A stretch of DNA of 64,000 bases. Origin: Acidobacteriota bacterium (GTDB lineage: Bacteria > Acidobacteriota > Terriglobia > Acidiferrales > UBA7541). The DNA lies in NCBI GenBank assembly GCA_021324935.1, contig JAJPIE010000029.1, positions 18,697-82,696 on the forward strand, given 5' to 3'. A program made the translations under genes and the position numbers. The notes below the pieces were generated by a model. That model was not told the origin of the DNA. It saw nothing but the letters and a program-made list of their open reading frames with translations, and did not search any database. Positions 7,904 through 17,870 of this stretch are shown one piece after another; the first letter of the stretch is position 1; each line of letters begins with the position of its first letter.

Positions 7904-10768
7904 TTAGTGCTCAAACGAGGGCGACCAGCGGAACCCGGCCGCATAGGTCGGCTGGTAATACTCACGCTGGATCATGTACTGCGGACTGCCCTGGTAGAAG
8001 CCGAAGACCTCGTTGTTGACGTTCAGAATGTACGCGATAAAGGTCAGGCCATGGGCCAGCCGCACGCTGCCCTGCATATCGATTTGCAGATGCGGATAGA
8101 AATAGGTGTCGCTGAAAGGACCTTTCAAGCCGCCAGGAGTCGGGGTGGAGCCGCCAGTGCCGTCCTGGTATCCGTAGCTGAAAATGTTGGCATCGTTGTA
8201 GGAGAGGCCGGCGCGGAAGGACAAGCGCCCCAGATCGTACGTCGGGCTGATGTTCCACGTGTTGGGCGCGGAGCGGAGAAGCCGCGGGCTATCGGAACGC
8301 CCGGGAAGCCCGATCGCGCGGGAATCGGCGTAGCCGTAATTTGCGCCGAGCCCGAAGCCGCGGAGCAGCCCCGGCAAAAAGGTGTAGTGCTGCACATAGG
8401 CGACTTCGAAACCGTAGAGCCAGGCGCTGCCGGCATTGACGAACTGCGTGACCTGATAAAGTCCTGGAGCGATTCCGGGTGCGGGAGAATATCCACTCTT
8501 CAGAAACGTTTCTTGCGCAATGGGATCGTAGAGATTTTTATAGAAAAATCCCGCGGTAATCACGCCAAAAGGTTTGAGGTAGTGTTCCACCGACAGGTCG
8601 AAGTTGTCCGCCGTTTCTGCATTGAGTCCGGGATTCGCAATTGTTGCAGAGCCGGGCGCACCTCCGGTGGGCTGGATGTAGGTAACGGCCTGAGCGATGT
8701 CCTGCGGATCGGGCCGGGATAAGCCGCGCGCGTAGGACAAGCGCACGTAGGTGTCATTTCCCATGTCGTAACGAAGCGACGCGCTGGGCAGCACCTTAAT
8801 ATAGGATCCCGAATTCTTGACGTTTAACACCGGGGGAGTCGCCGTCAGATCGACCGCGATCGTATCCAGATTGGTACCTTCGATGCGCAGGCCGGCCACG
8901 ATGCGCGCCTTGCCAATATCCACCGAGTTCATGACATAGCCCGCCGAGACCTTTTCCACAAGATCGAATTGCGATGAAAAATCCTGTGCCGAAGGATCGT
9001 TCGGGCTTAGGAAGTGGCTGGTGTTAGCCAGATTGGTTGCGTAGAAAGCGTAGACGTCGTTGTAGCTAATGTTGTAGCCAAGCGGGTAGGACCCGCCGTA
9101 ATAATTCTTGTTGGTGAATTTACTTGGAAATGTGGATTGAGGAATTGCACCGACGGCATCCAGAGGTGTCAGCGTGTAATTGATGGAATCATCGTACTTG
9201 TGGGCGTTGCGGAACTTTCCGCCCACCTCGATGCTGGCCAGGCGAGAACCAATGTGGTAGCGCTTGGCAAACGCACCCGTGGCCTGCAAGTTCACCTGCG
9301 CCGTTCGACCATGGGAATACGTGATGCGCGAAAGAAGCATCGTGGTTGGATCGTAGGCTTCGGTGTAGCAGGCGCTGCTCCATTGCGGCCGATAGATGCT
9401 TTTCGTGGCCGCCGGATCGAACTGGCAGTTACTGGAAGCCAAATCGCTTGAAAAAAGCGCTTCTGGGTCGCCGTTCTCGATTTGGCGCGAGCGGGAGGCA
9501 GAAATATCCCAGCTATACCAGGTGGTCGTGAAGACGTGCTTCCCCCCGACGACCAAGCTGCCGATGGCATAGTCTGGCCGGCGAATGGAGGTGTTGAAGC
9601 TGGGCGTTCCTCCATTGGAGCCCAGCAGCGTGATGCCGGGGGTGTTGTCGTTCAGAGAGTACACCCAGCGCTCGCCGAAGTTTTTGAAGTCGGAGTAAAG
9701 AAAACGGGCGTAAACGTTGGACGCTTCCGAGAGTTTGTAATCAACGCTTCCCGCGGTTCCCCAACGGCTGCGGTAGTAGCGGTATTCACGAATGTCCATG
9801 CCGTCCTTCCACACAGCCTGCTGGCCGTTGGGAAAGGTGGCCAAATCCGAAACTGGCTCGATATCGTCTATGCCCCGTCCGTTCCAGTCATAGGAACCGC
9901 CGACGAGAATCCCAAGTCTCTTTTCGGATCCGAAGCGCTGGCCCAATGTTGCCGTGGTTTCCACCACGCCGCGGCCATTGACAATCGGGGTGTAGCCACC
10001 AATACCGTTGATGGCGACGGTCGGCCGCTCACCCGCGGTTTTGGTGATCATGTTGACGGATCCGCCGATGCCGTCACCATCCATGTTGGCCTGAAGCGTT
10101 TTGTTGATCTCGACGGATTCGACCAAATCCGCTGGAATGGTGTCGAATTTGATCTGGCGGATTCCGGACTCCGGCGAAGGAACATTGACGCCGTCGATGG
10201 TGGCGTTCGTCAGGCGCGGCTCGGTTCCTCGGACTTGCACGTACTTTCCCTCGCCTTCATCGCGTTCCAGGGTGACGCTGGGAAGCCGGCCCAACGCGTC
10301 GGCCATATTCGCATTCGGCAGGCTGGTAATCACATCGTTCGTCAGAACCTGGACGGTGTTGTCGGCGGTCAACTGGCGGTTGAGGGCTTCGGCCTCGCCG
10401 GAAACGCGTGGCGCGGTGACAATCACCTGATCCCGCTGCGAACTCACTCCCATGGTCACATCCTGCGTGGTCAGTTGCTCCGCGGCAATATTCACCACCT
10501 TGGTGTAAAGGGCGAAGCCAAGATAGGTCACCGTGATGGTGTAGGTGCCGGGAGGCAAATCGTTGAGGTAGTAGCTGCCTTGCTGGTTGGAAACGACGGT
10601 GATCGTGCCCGGCTGGAGCTCGACTTCCGCGCCTTGCAGCAGGCTGCCGGAACTATCTTTGATGGTGCCGGTGATCGATCCCTTGCCGGTCTGCGCTGCA
10701 GCGGCAGGCCCGAAGCCCAAAACCGCCAGCAAGGACAGATAAGTCCAGAGACGGGTGATGCGTTTCAT
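7904..10768 (-). CDS. TonB-dependent receptor with N-terminal carboxypeptidase-regulatory-like domain
   Basis: Signal peptide MKRITRLWTYLSLLAVLGFGPAAAA, GSITGTIKDSSG, plug region NMADALGRLPSVTLERDEGEGKYVQVRG, and a beta-barrel with a C-terminal aromatic strand. ATG 10768 with RBS GGAG. The ORF-track extension to 11020 is unlikely. Confidence 0.9.
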   Translation of the reverse strand: MKRITRLWTYLSLLAVLGFGPAAAAQTGKGSITGTIKDSSGSLLQGAEVELQPGTITVVSNQQGSYYLNDLPPGTYTITVTYLGFALYTKVVNIAAEQLTTQDVTMGVSSQRDQVIVTAPRVSGEAEALNRQLTADNTVQVLTNDVITSLPNANMADALGRLPSVTLERDEGEGKYVQVRGTEPRLTNATIDGVNVPSPESGIRQIKFDTIPADLVESVEINKTLQANMDGDGIGGSVNMITKTAGERPTVAINGIGGYTPIVNGRGVVETTATLGQRFGSEKRLGILVGGSYDWNGRGIDDIEPVSDLATFPNGQQAVWKDGMDIREYRYYRSRWGTAGSVDYKLSEASNVYARFLYSDFKNFGERWVYSLNDNTPGITLLGSNGGTPSFNTSIRRPDYAIGSLVVGGKHVFTTTWYSWDISASRSRQIENGDPEALFSSDLASSNCQFDPAATKSIYRPQWSSACYTEAYDPTTMLLSRITYSHGRTAQVNLQATGAFAKRYHIGSRLASIEVGGKFRNAHKYDDSINYTLTPLDAVGAIPQSTFPSKFTNKNYYGGSYPLGYNISYNDVYAFYATNLANTSHFLSPNDPSAQDFSSQFDLVEKVSAGYVMNSVDIGKARIVAGLRIEGTNLDTIAVDLTATPPVLNVKNSGSYIKVLPSASLRYDMGNDTYVRLSYARGLSRPDPQDIAQAVTYIQPTGGAPGSATIANPGLNAETADNFDLSVEHYLKPFGVITAGFFYKNLYDPIAQETFLKSGYSPAPGIAPGLYQVTQFVNAGSAWLYGFEVAYVQHYTFLPGLLRGFGLGANYGYADSRAIGLPGRSDSPRLLRSAPNTWNISPTYDLGRLSFRAGLSYNDANIFSYGYQDGTGGSTPTPGGLKGPFSDTYFYPHLQIDMQGSVRLAHGLTFIAYILNVNNEVFGFYQGSPQYMIQREYYQPTYAAGFRWSPSFEH

Positions 10769-11038
10769 GGAGAAGGCTCCTCGCTTCCTGAAGATATGAA
10801 CGAAAGTCATGAAAACACTCAGGAGTGCACCCGCGTGCAACACCCGGTTCCTTGGACCAGCCAGTCGCAGTTCTTTTTCCGGCAAAGAGGTGGTTCCTGG
10901 CCCTGCAGGCCTGAGTTCAGATTGGCCGAACACACCCCTTCCGCGGCGGCGCGGCATCGGCGTAAAAGGGACGAACCTGGGGCCGTCTACAACGGTGACT
11001 GCTGAGGCGTATCTAGCCACACGGCTGCTGAATTGCCG

Positions 11039-11087
11039 ATGAATGTGGATTAACGGAATGTTAAAGAAGGGGTGAAAAAGCTTTCAG
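11039..11087 (-). promoter_or_regulatory. Conserved 49-bp regulatory motif, copy B (upstream of the TonB receptor)
   Basis: Minus strand reads CTGAAAGC-TT-TTTCA-N7-TTTAA-N7-TTAA-N6-TTCA, with the same spacing as copy A. Confidence 0.6.
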
Positions 11088-11099
11088 CTTGCTGTGAGG

Positions 11100-12545
11100 C
11101 TAAACAAGATGGGCGCGAATTTCCCGGGATTCGGGCGCGGCCTCGAGTTGGCCAAGAAAACCTTCCTCAGCTAACGGAAGGAGGATCGTCGCCTGCGTGC
11201 CGCGTCCTGGCTGGCTCTGAAGTTCAATGGACCCGCCATGTCGCTCGGCAATCCACCGGGCGATGGCCAGCCCTAGCCCTGCTCCAGGCGTCTCCCGGGA
11301 ACGTACGCGATCCGCGCGATAAAAGCGCTCAAAGACGTGAGGCAAATCCTCCGGATCGATGCCCGCCCCAGTATCGCAAATCTGGATCACCGCTTTGCCC
11401 GTTTCCAGGCGGAAACTTAGGGAGATCTCTCCCGCGGCCGGTGTGTATTTGACGGCATTGTCCAATACGCTCAGAAACAGGCGCTGCAGCGCGACTTCGT
11501 CTCCGAGAATGGCGTGGCTATAGGGAACGATGGACTCGGAGAAGGCAATTCCTTTTCCGAGCGCCAGCAGGTTTGCTTTTTGCGCGGCGCGCTGAAGAAT
11601 CGGATACAAACTGAGGGGTTCGTGCCGGAGCTGCGCCACGTTAGCGTCCGCGCGCGCCAGCATCAATAATTTCTCGACGAGCTCCGTAGTTTCCTCCGAT
11701 GTCGCCAAAATGCGGCGTAGCGCATCCTGATATTCCGAATCGCTGCGCGGTCTGCGCAAGGCGAGTTCAGCGTTTGTGCGAATGAGCGAAAGCGGCGTCC
11801 GCAGGTCGTGCGAAGCGTCGGCGGTGAATTGCGTAATGCGCTTCACGGAGGTTTCGATGCGTTCCAGCATGGCGTTGAGCGTTTCCGTCAACCGCCGCAG
11901 CTCGTCCTTGGCCTTCGGGACTTCCAGCCGCTCCGAGAGATTGCGCACACCGACGCGCTCCGCGCCTTCAATGATCCCGTTGACCGGTGCGAGCGCGCGT
12001 CCACTCAGCCAGTAGCCCAATAGCGAGGCAAGCGCCACCAGCAGAGGTAAAAACCGCTGCTCGAGGATGCGGAAATTGTCGAGGGCTTGATCGAAAGGCT
12101 CGGTGGGCACAGCGGCGTCGATCTGGTAAACGCGTCCATTCACCCAGACGCGCTGGCGGGCAAGACGATATTGCTGAAAGTCCAGATTGGAGGTCGCATA
12201 GGTGAGAGCGTCGCCGTTCAGCGGCTCCGCGTGTGGCCAGGCGGAAACGAAAGGTTTCGGCCGGAAAACCCACTGTCCATTGGGCCCGGCGACTTCGAAA
12301 ACGGCGCCATTCGCCCACAGAGCAGAAACATCGGCCAGTTCTTTCTGCACTTCGGGAAGACCCTTGCCCACGGAATCGTCCAGCACCCTATGAACGATTT
12401 CCAGGTTGCGGCGTGAAGCATCGTTAACAGTCGCATCAATACTGCGTTGGAAACCAATGTCGCAAATGAAAAAGAAGGCGGTAAACGAGGCGGTCAACAC
12501 CAGGAAGTACAGCATCGTGAGCCGAGCGCGGATGGTAAACTTCAT
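11100..12545 (-). CDS. HAMP sensor histidine kinase (CusS/CzcS-like)
   Basis: Two TM helices, HAMP, H-box ADASHDLRTPL, N-box DNAVKYT, G-boxes DTGAGI and GAGLGLAI. Confidence 0.93.
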   Translation of the reverse strand: MKFTIRARLTMLYFLVLTASFTAFFFICDIGFQRSIDATVNDASRRNLEIVHRVLDDSVGKGLPEVQKELADVSALWANGAVFEVAGPNGQWVFRPKPFVSAWPHAEPLNGDALTYATSNLDFQQYRLARQRVWVNGRVYQIDAAVPTEPFDQALDNFRILEQRFLPLLVALASLLGYWLSGRALAPVNGIIEGAERVGVRNLSERLEVPKAKDELRRLTETLNAMLERIETSVKRITQFTADASHDLRTPLSLIRTNAELALRRPRSDSEYQDALRRILATSEETTELVEKLLMLARADANVAQLRHEPLSLYPILQRAAQKANLLALGKGIAFSESIVPYSHAILGDEVALQRLFLSVLDNAVKYTPAAGEISLSFRLETGKAVIQICDTGAGIDPEDLPHVFERFYRADRVRSRETPGAGLGLAIARWIAERHGGSIELQSQPGRGTQATILLPLAEEGFLGQLEAAPESREIRAHLV

Positions 12546-13222
12546 GCGCCCCTAACCGCTCCCAGCGAGTAGCCAAAGCCACGGTGCGTCTGAATCAGCT
12601 TGCTTTCCGAGGATTCATCCACTTTTTTCCGCAGCAGTCGGACGAACGCGTCCAGGGTGTTCTCGCTCACCTCGCGACCCGGCCCCCAAACATTGGCGAG
12701 AATTTCGTGCCGGGAGACGATGCGGCCGGTATTCCTGGCGAGCAGTTCCAGAAGGCGAAATTCCGTCAGGGAAAGAAAAATTTCGATTCCCGCGCGAAAA
12801 CTCCGGTGCGTGGTCAGATCCAGAACCAAATCCTGAACTTCCAGAACATTTTTCCGCCGGAACTGGCTCCGCCGGACCAGCGCGCGCATGCGGGCCAGAA
12901 GTTCGGTGAACGAAAAGGGTTTGGTCAGGTAATCGTCGGCGCCGGCGTCGAGTCCCTTCACGATGTCCGCCAGAGAGTCGCGCGCCGTCAACATGAGGAC
13001 CGGAGTTTCCGTCTTCCAGCCACGCAACTGCCGCGCCACCTGGATGCCGTCCATTTGGGGAAGCATGACGTCCAGGAGGATCAAGTCAAAGGAGTTGACG
13101 GCAGAAAGCTCCAAAGCAGCGCGGCCGTCGCGAGCCACACTAACTTCGTAGGACTCTTCGCGGAGGCCCCGAGCGAGCAACCCGGCCATTTCCGGCTCGT
13201 CTTCCACAACCAAGATATGCAT
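12542..13222 (-). CDS. OmpR-family response regulator
   Basis: ILVVEDE, LILLDVMLP, GADDYLTKPF, winged helix with IQTHRGFGY. 4-bp overlap with the kinase gene. Confidence 0.95.
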   Translation of the reverse strand: MHILVVEDEPEMAGLLARGLREESYEVSVARDGRAALELSAVNSFDLILLDVMLPQMDGIQVARQLRGWKTETPVLMLTARDSLADIVKGLDAGADDYLTKPFSFTELLARMRALVRRSQFRRKNVLEVQDLVLDLTTHRSFRAGIEIFLSLTEFRLLELLARNTGRIVSRHEILANVWGPGREVSENTLDAFVRLLRKKVDESSESKLIQTHRGFGYSLGAVRGA

Positions 13223-13310
13223 GGCGCGACTCGTGAGCTGAAATGGGAATGATACAGGACGCTTTTTGAACGACGGGTTACCGCTGTGTTACACCTGAAT
13301 CGAAGTTTCC

Positions 13311-16300
13311 TCAGGCATCGACCGACGGCTTCCCGCGCCCTATCCGTATGCTGTCCAGATAATAGTGAATCGTGGGTGTAAATACCAGCGAAAGGACGAT
13401 CGAGCTGAGCAGCCCGCCGATAACGGCAATGGCCAATGGCTGCAGCATCTGCGAGCCGGAACCGATGGCCAGGGCCAGCGGCAACATGCCCGCTATGGTC
13501 GCCAAAGCGGTCATGGCGATCGGCCGCAAACGGCGGCGGCCCGCTTGAATCATGGCTTCTTCCGGGGTGAAGCCCAGTTGCCGGAAGCGGTGGTCCGCGT
13601 CGAGGAGCAAAATTCCATTCTTTGCCACAATGCCGATCACCATGATCATGCCCATAAAGGAAGCTACGTTGAATGTGATGCCGGTGATGAGCAAGGCAAG
13701 GAAACCGCCAAAGGTCGAGAGAAGTGCCGAACCCAAAATTGCGGTTGGTGCAGTGAACGAGCGGAATTCGAACAACAACACGGCGAAGAGGAGGAGAAGG
13801 GCCAGCAGAAAGACCGTCGCGAGGTCGCGGAAGGATTTCTGTTGTTCCTCGTACAGGCCGCCATATTCAACGCGGATGCTCGAGGGAAGGTGCATGGCGG
13901 CCACTGCTTTCTGGATTGAGGCCATGCCCGTCCCAAGATCCACTCCCTCGAAGCGGGCGGTGACTTGCACGAGCCGCTGCAGGTTTTCACGGCGAATTTC
14001 GGTCTGGCCGGGATCGGAGGTGATGGTGGCGAGGCTTGCGAGGGTCGCGGTCTTGCCCGTGGAGCTCGTCAGGAGCGTGTTGCCCATGCGATCGAGCGAA
14101 GCGCGGTTCTGCTCGGGAAATCGCACGCGGATGGTGTACATGCGGTCGTTCAGAACCACAGGGGACGCCGCGGGCTCTCCTTCCAGCACGGCCGAGGCGT
14201 CCAAAGCCACTTCCTCCGACGAAAACCCCGAGCGCGCAGCCACAACAGGATTCACCTGATAGGTGACCGCGGGTCCGCTGATGGTATTTTCAATTCCGTC
14301 CAGCACATCGACCACGTGCGGCAGTTTTTGGATCGTTTCGGCAACACGCGGCGCCGTTTGGTTGAGCAACTTGCCGTCCTGGCAAAATAGCTTGATGACC
14401 ACGGGCTCGGGGGCGCTGGTCAAGTCGCCGATCATGTCCTGCAACACCTGGACGAATTCCACGTCGACGGAGGGCTCGGTCTTTTTGATTTCGGCGCGAA
14501 TGTCGGAAATGATGTCGTCAATGCCGCGCTTGCGATCCCTTTTCAACTTGACGGTGAAATCGCCGGTATTCGCTTCGGTCACGGCCACAAGACCAAGTTG
14601 CATCCCGGTGCGGCGTGAAGTGTTTTCCACTTCGGGCATCGAACGGATGATCTCCTCGACATGCAGCAGCATGCGGTTGGATTCCGCCAGCGAGCTGCCG
14701 GGGGGAGTGTAGTAATCGAGAATGAAGCCGCCTTCATCCATCTCCGGCAGCAGATCCGAACCCAAGGCGTTGTAGCAAAAGTAGGAGAGGACGACGATAG
14801 CCAGCGAGGAGACGACGAGCACGACGGGGCGGTGCACAATGGCCTGCATCGCGCGGCCATAGAAATTCACCACCTTGCCGAATAATCCGGAGAGATGCTC
14901 CTCTTCCGCCGCAAGCAAAGCCGCAACGTCGTGTTCGCCGCCTTGTTTCCCGCTTCCGCCGGCTGTTTCCTTCCGGCGGACGAGGTATTGGCTCAGAGTC
15001 GGCGTCCAGGTGAGGGCCAAAAGCAGCGAGCTGAGAAGTGAAACCGTCATGGTAATGGCCAACGCGCGGAAAAAGCTGCCGGTCACCCCGGTTACAGAAA
15101 TCAATGGCAGGAACACGACGATCGGCGTGATGGTGGAACCGATCAGCGGTACGGTGATTTCTTTCAGGGCGCTCTGAATCGCCTGGAAACGTGATTCGCC
15201 CGCGTCGCGGTGCAGCACGATGTTTTCGAGTACGACGATGGCATCGTCAATCACCAAGCCGACCGCGGCGGCTAAGCCGCCTAAGGTCATCAGGTTGAAA
15301 CTTTGCCCCACAAGCCACAGGGCAATCAGGGTCAGAGACAAGGTCACTGGGATCACAAGACCCGCAACCAGGGAGGAACCCCAATCGCGCAAGAAGAGCA
15401 CCAGAATCGCGGCAGACAAAATAATTCCCAGCAGCACCGCGTCGCGCACGCTGGAGATGGACTCTTGCACGATGGTGGACTGATCGTAGAAGGGCTCAAG
15501 ATGCACGCCGGGCGGGAGCGTGGGCTGGAGTTCGGCAATGCGTTCATGCACCAATTGCGCGACGTCCAGGGCGTTGCTTTGCGGCTGGCGGATGACGCTC
15601 AAAAGGACAGCAGGCTTCCCGTTGGCAGTCACGATGGTGTACACGGGAGCTTCCGAGGGCCCGACTTTCGCGATGTCGCCAACGCGAATGGGCACGCCAT
15701 TCGCCGAACTCTTCACGACGATCTGCCCTATCTCCTCCGGCGTTCGTACCTGGCCGCTGACCAGGCCCAGGACAAGCTGATGCTCATGCTCGAGCAAACC
15801 GGGCGAGTCAATCAAGTTGGTGCGCCGGATGGCTTCGAGAATATCGGGCACGGTAATACCAGCGGCCTGCAGCCGGGCAGGATCCGGTGTGACCTGAAAC
15901 TCCGGCACGCGCCCACCCTGCACAATCACCGTTGCCACGCCGTTCAAACGGTTGATACGCGGCTTCAAATCGTAGGTGGCAATTTCCCAAAGCTTGGTTT
16001 GGGAAACGCTATCGGAAGTCAGGCTGTAGCCAAGAATCGGAAAGGTAGCGAAAGTCAGACGATGCGTCTCGAGCTTTGCCGTCGGCGGGAGTTCGGGCTG
16101 AAGGCGCGCCACGACGGCGTCAACGCGCTGGAGCGTCAGAATCATGTCCGAGCCCCAGTCAAAGAACAAATCCACTTCCGCGGAGCCGCGGCTAGTGATC
16201 GAGGTCACTTTGGTGAGCCCCGGCACGCTGTTGACGGCCTCTTCGATCGGCTTGGTCACGGTGACCAGCATCTGGTCGATCGGCGCGACGCCATTGTCCA

Positions 16301-16499
16301 CCCCAACCACAATGCGGGGGAAATCGGTGTTAGGGAAAACGGCCACGGGAATTTTGGCCGCCAGATAGATTCCCACGAGGGCAAAGCTCACCAACAGAAA
16401 TAAAATCGGGCTGGAGAGCTTGCTGAACCAGGGCTGTTCCTCCTTGCCCTGTGCCGCCCGGTTTTTCTTTTCCTGAGACTCTTCGGAACCCAATGCCAT
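13311..16499 (-). CDS. RND efflux permease (AcrB/CzcA superfamily)
   Basis: 1062 aa with two sets of TM helices and proton-relay motifs GLVIDDAIVVLEN, KNGILL and RRRLRPIAMT. Confidence 0.95.
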   Translation of the reverse strand: MALGSEESQEKKNRAAQGKEEQPWFSKLSSPILFLLVSFALVGIYLAAKIPVAVFPNTDFPRIVVGVDNGVAPIDQMLVTVTKPIEEAVNSVPGLTKVTSITSRGSAEVDLFFDWGSDMILTLQRVDAVVARLQPELPPTAKLETHRLTFATFPILGYSLTSDSVSQTKLWEIATYDLKPRINRLNGVATVIVQGGRVPEFQVTPDPARLQAAGITVPDILEAIRRTNLIDSPGLLEHEHQLVLGLVSGQVRTPEEIGQIVVKSSANGVPIRVGDIAKVGPSEAPVYTIVTANGKPAVLLSVIRQPQSNALDVAQLVHERIAELQPTLPPGVHLEPFYDQSTIVQESISSVRDAVLLGIILSAAILVLFLRDWGSSLVAGLVIPVTLSLTLIALWLVGQSFNLMTLGGLAAAVGLVIDDAIVVLENIVLHRDAGESRFQAIQSALKEITVPLIGSTITPIVVFLPLISVTGVTGSFFRALAITMTVSLLSSLLLALTWTPTLSQYLVRRKETAGGSGKQGGEHDVAALLAAEEEHLSGLFGKVVNFYGRAMQAIVHRPVVLVVSSLAIVVLSYFCYNALGSDLLPEMDEGGFILDYYTPPGSSLAESNRMLLHVEEIIRSMPEVENTSRRTGMQLGLVAVTEANTGDFTVKLKRDRKRGIDDIISDIRAEIKKTEPSVDVEFVQVLQDMIGDLTSAPEPVVIKLFCQDGKLLNQTAPRVAETIQKLPHVVDVLDGIENTISGPAVTYQVNPVVAARSGFSSEEVALDASAVLEGEPAASPVVLNDRMYTIRVRFPEQNRASLDRMGNTLLTSSTGKTATLASLATITSDPGQTEIRRENLQRLVQVTARFEGVDLGTGMASIQKAVAAMHLPSSIRVEYGGLYEEQQKSFRDLATVFLLALLLLFAVLLFEFRSFTAPTAILGSALLSTFGGFLALLITGITFNVASFMGMIMVIGIVAKNGILLLDADHRFRQLGFTPEEAMIQAGRRRLRPIAMTALATIAGMLPLALAIGSGSQMLQPLAIAVIGGLLSSIVLSLVFTPTIHYYLDSIRIGRGKPSVDA

Positions 16500-16505
16500 G
16501 CGCCG

Positions 16506-17870
16506 CTACTCCTTGTCCTTCGCCGGCTTGTCGTCGGGAGCAGCCTTATCGTCCGCGGCGCCGCCCTTGTCATCCGCTCCGCCCGCGTCTTGCCCCTTTT
16601 CAGCGGGAGGCGCGGCCTCGATCTGAATCTGCGTCCCATCCGGAAGCGCGTAGCCGCCGAGGGTGATTACGGAATCGTTTTCCTTCACGCCCGATTCGAT
16701 CTGCGCAAGCTCCTTGTTCTTGATGCCGACTTTCACCTTGGTGAGGTGAGCCTTCTTGTCCGATCCGGCCAGCATCACGTAATCGCCGGCATCTTCGGAG
16801 TTGTACACAGCGGAAGCAGGCACTACCAGCGCGTTGTCTTCGCTCTTGGCAATCACATTGACGCGGGCGTTCATGCCCGGCTTCAGCGCGGCGTTGGGCT
16901 TGTTGGAAACCACCCAAACTTCGACCGTTGTGCTTCCGGGATCAAGCGCCGGACTGACCAAGGTCACTTTCGCCTTAATCGGCTCTTCGAGGCCGGGGAG
17001 TTCGATCTCCGCCTCGTTTCCGACCTTCAGCAACACGGCTTCGGACTGCGCGACATGGGCTTTTGCAATCAGCTTCGAGGTATTCATCACCGTGAGCAGC
17101 GGCACATTTGCCGTCGCCAGCTCGCCCTCATACTGCGGGCGGTCCGTGACCACGCCGTCAATCGGACTGCGAATTTCCGAGTAGCTCAACTGCGCCTTGG
17201 CGTTCAAGTATTTGCCCTTCGCGGCGGAGAGCTGGCCGCTCGCCGATTTCAGCGTTTCCTGTTTGCCGATTTTCTGCAGATCTGCAAGCTGTTTTTGGGC
17301 TTGTTCGTTGGTGCTGCGCGCCTGCGCCAGAGCCACCACGGCCGCGTCGTAATCCCGGCGCGGCAGCGCGCCTTCGTCAAAAAGCTGTTTGCGCGCGTCG
17401 TAGATTTTTTGCTGTGCGTCAAAAGCCGCCTGCGCGGCCGCGGCATCCAGCTCGGCCTTCTGAATCTCTTCCGGCAGGCTTGCGCCCGTGGTCGTGGCGT
17501 AATTGGCTTCGGCTTGCTCGAATTCGCCCTTGCTCTGTTCCGCCTGGCCGGAGAGGTCCGCATTCTCCAGCAGCGCAAGCAACTGGCCTTGCTTCACCTT
17601 GCTCCCGCGCTGCACGTAAAACTTTGCGATCGTCGAAGTGATCTTGGGCGTGATGACGGCCTGTTCCAGCGGGTAGACGACGGCATCGGAACTTACTTCC
17701 AGTTCGATCGGCCCGCGTTTTGCCGGAGTCACCTGCACGGTCACCAGCGGTGTGGGCTCTTTTTCCGCGCCGCCGCAGCCATAGAGCAGCGCCGCGCCCG
17801 CCAGCAGCCACGCGCCTCGCGACATCCCGCGAAATCCCCGTGCTACAAAATCACGATTGCCATTCTTCAT
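16506..17870 (-). CDS. RND membrane fusion protein (periplasmic adaptor)
   Basis: Lipobox-like LLYGC, hairpin coiled coil, IRSPIDGVV, LKPGM. D/K-rich low-complexity tail. Confidence 0.93.
   Translation of the reverse strand: MKNGNRDFVARGFRGMSRGAWLLAGAALLYGCGGAEKEPTPLVTVQVTPAKRGPIELEVSSDAVVYPLEQAVITPKITSTIAKFYVQRGSKVKQGQLLALLENADLSGQAEQSKGEFEQAEANYATTTGASLPEEIQKAELDAAAAQAAFDAQQKIYDARKQLFDEGALPRRDYDAAVVALAQARSTNEQAQKQLADLQKIGKQETLKSASGQLSAAKGKYLNAKAQLSYSEIRSPIDGVVTDRPQYEGELATANVPLLTVMNTSKLIAKAHVAQSEAVLLKVGNEAEIELPGLEEPIKAKVTLVSPALDPGSTTVEVWVVSNKPNAALKPGMNARVNVIAKSEDNALVVPASAVYNSEDAGDYVMLAGSDKKAHLTKVKVGIKNKELAQIESGVKENDSVITLGGYALPDGTQIQIEAAPPAEKGQDAGGADDKGGAADDKAAPDDKPAKDKE

Noticed and set aside
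9482-11005. 507-aa plus-strand ORF and similar long antisense ORFs (7889-8722, 16590-17924, 43928-45532, 48122-49801, 50055-51572, 58904-60454)
   Set aside because: Shadow ORFs opposite well-supported genes. They are expected in GC-rich DNA and show no motifs.
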